A stretch of DNA of 64,000 nucleotides from Blasia pusilla (lineage: Eukaryota): the NCBI GenBank assembly GCA_050084515.1, contig CM114271.1, positions 42,222,001-42,286,000 on the forward strand, given 5' to 3'. Shown here piece by piece: positions 63,183-64,000 of this stretch (positions within the stretch are counted from its first letter, which is position 1; each line of letters starts with the position of its first letter). The notes below the pieces were generated by a model. That model ran no database searches. It had not been told where the DNA came from and saw only the letters and a list, made by a program, of their open reading frames with translations. The position numbers and the translations under genes are program-made.

Positions 63183-64000
63183 TGTCTTGTTGAGAGTTTT
63201 CCTTTGAGTAAAGATAAACCTTATAGCTGCGGCATACATGGTTAATGCAAGGTGATCAAACTCCCTAAGAAGTTCTTCTTTTTAAGTACAGAATTATTAT
63301 ATACACTCTCCATTCTCTCATGACAGGAATCACGAATGGTAGTGCCGAGGAGATCATTTCTTCATAATATCGAACCCCAAAATTCCTAACTATAAAGTCC
63401 CTGTAAACGAATTTACACTTGTACACAAGAAAAATAGCACAACTAGTGTTAAACCCTATCCAAGCAGGCCTATTAACATCCATGGATTGGTATATAAGGA
63501 TATACAAAGTACAATCCCATGTCTTTTCATACGTGATAATAGAAAGAATCATCGGAGTTGGAGTTGTATGACCTTGTTCATGAATTCCTCCCCAAAGTGG
63601 TAAACTAGATAGAGAGTAAACTAGTGTCTATCTACGAAGAGAATCTTGAGGTGGTAAGGATTAATGATAGGAAAATCATATACGACTCGTGCTCCATCCC
63701 TATCCATACTTAACGAACATCCTCTACTCTCCTAAAGAATGGGTTTTGGCAGAGTTGTTCTCCCAATAGGGATAATCCACTCTCATTGGGAAAATAACGA
63801 GCCAAAATCATCCACTACCCCTCGCATGACAAAACTCCCCTAAAACTATAAGTCTCCCCAAATCACTATCTCATACCAGACTCTTGAAACTCTCAAAGAA
63901 TAGAACTCAACCAAGTTACTCTCCCAAGAGGGGTAATCCACTCTCATTGGAAGAGCAAGCAAGTCAATTCCATCCACTCAAGATCAACAAGGGAGACCCA
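63183..64000 (-). mobile_element. Another LTR copy of the 14150-16203 family, inverted; runs off the window end
   Basis: Reverse complement aligns with ~15340-16203 (shared translated junk MILxIxTYxKTWDCTLYxLI). On the minus strand it ends ...AAGACA at 63183. Confidence 0.85.

Overview
Eukaryotic, transposon-dense plant nuclear DNA, most likely a non-flowering land plant such as a bryophyte (inference from the element types and the TTTAGGG repeats). Only two intact host-like genes are evident: an SRC2-like C2-domain gene (21001-21765, -) and an intronless CYP86-clan P450 (57332-58963, -). The rest is decayed mobile DNA. Two things stand out. (1) A Ty3/gypsy LTR retrotransposon (1-~5060, -) carries a DNMT3-like C5 cytosine methyltransferase between its protease and reverse transcriptase. 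Two further fragments of this family lie at 37596-38319 and ~46970-47420. (2) A divergent gene pair at 38710-46965 consists of a GCM-like/Mutator-type DDE/SWIM transposase and a ParB/Srx-like (WDGNH) protein. Their introns and shared intergenic region hold about 18 full-length copies, plus a few half-copies, of a 27-bp palindrome (GCAACCCGTCGGA-N-TCCGACGGGTTGC), partly in a 64-bp-period array that superficially looks like CRISPR. This pair lies next to a ~14 kb stretch of decayed cargo-like genes: two FCP1/NIF-like domains, a Ulp1-like protease, a RING protein and a kinase. That stretch also contains telomere-like repeats and inverted 180-bp tandem arrays, so the whole may be one or more giant cargo-carrying DNA transposons. 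Also present: a second gypsy element, a copia remnant, Helitron pieces flanking the P450, solo LTRs with 4-bp TSDs, hAT-like and CACTA-like ends, an RLCK kinase pseudogene and long microsatellites. All domain calls come from motifs read by eye; no database search was run.
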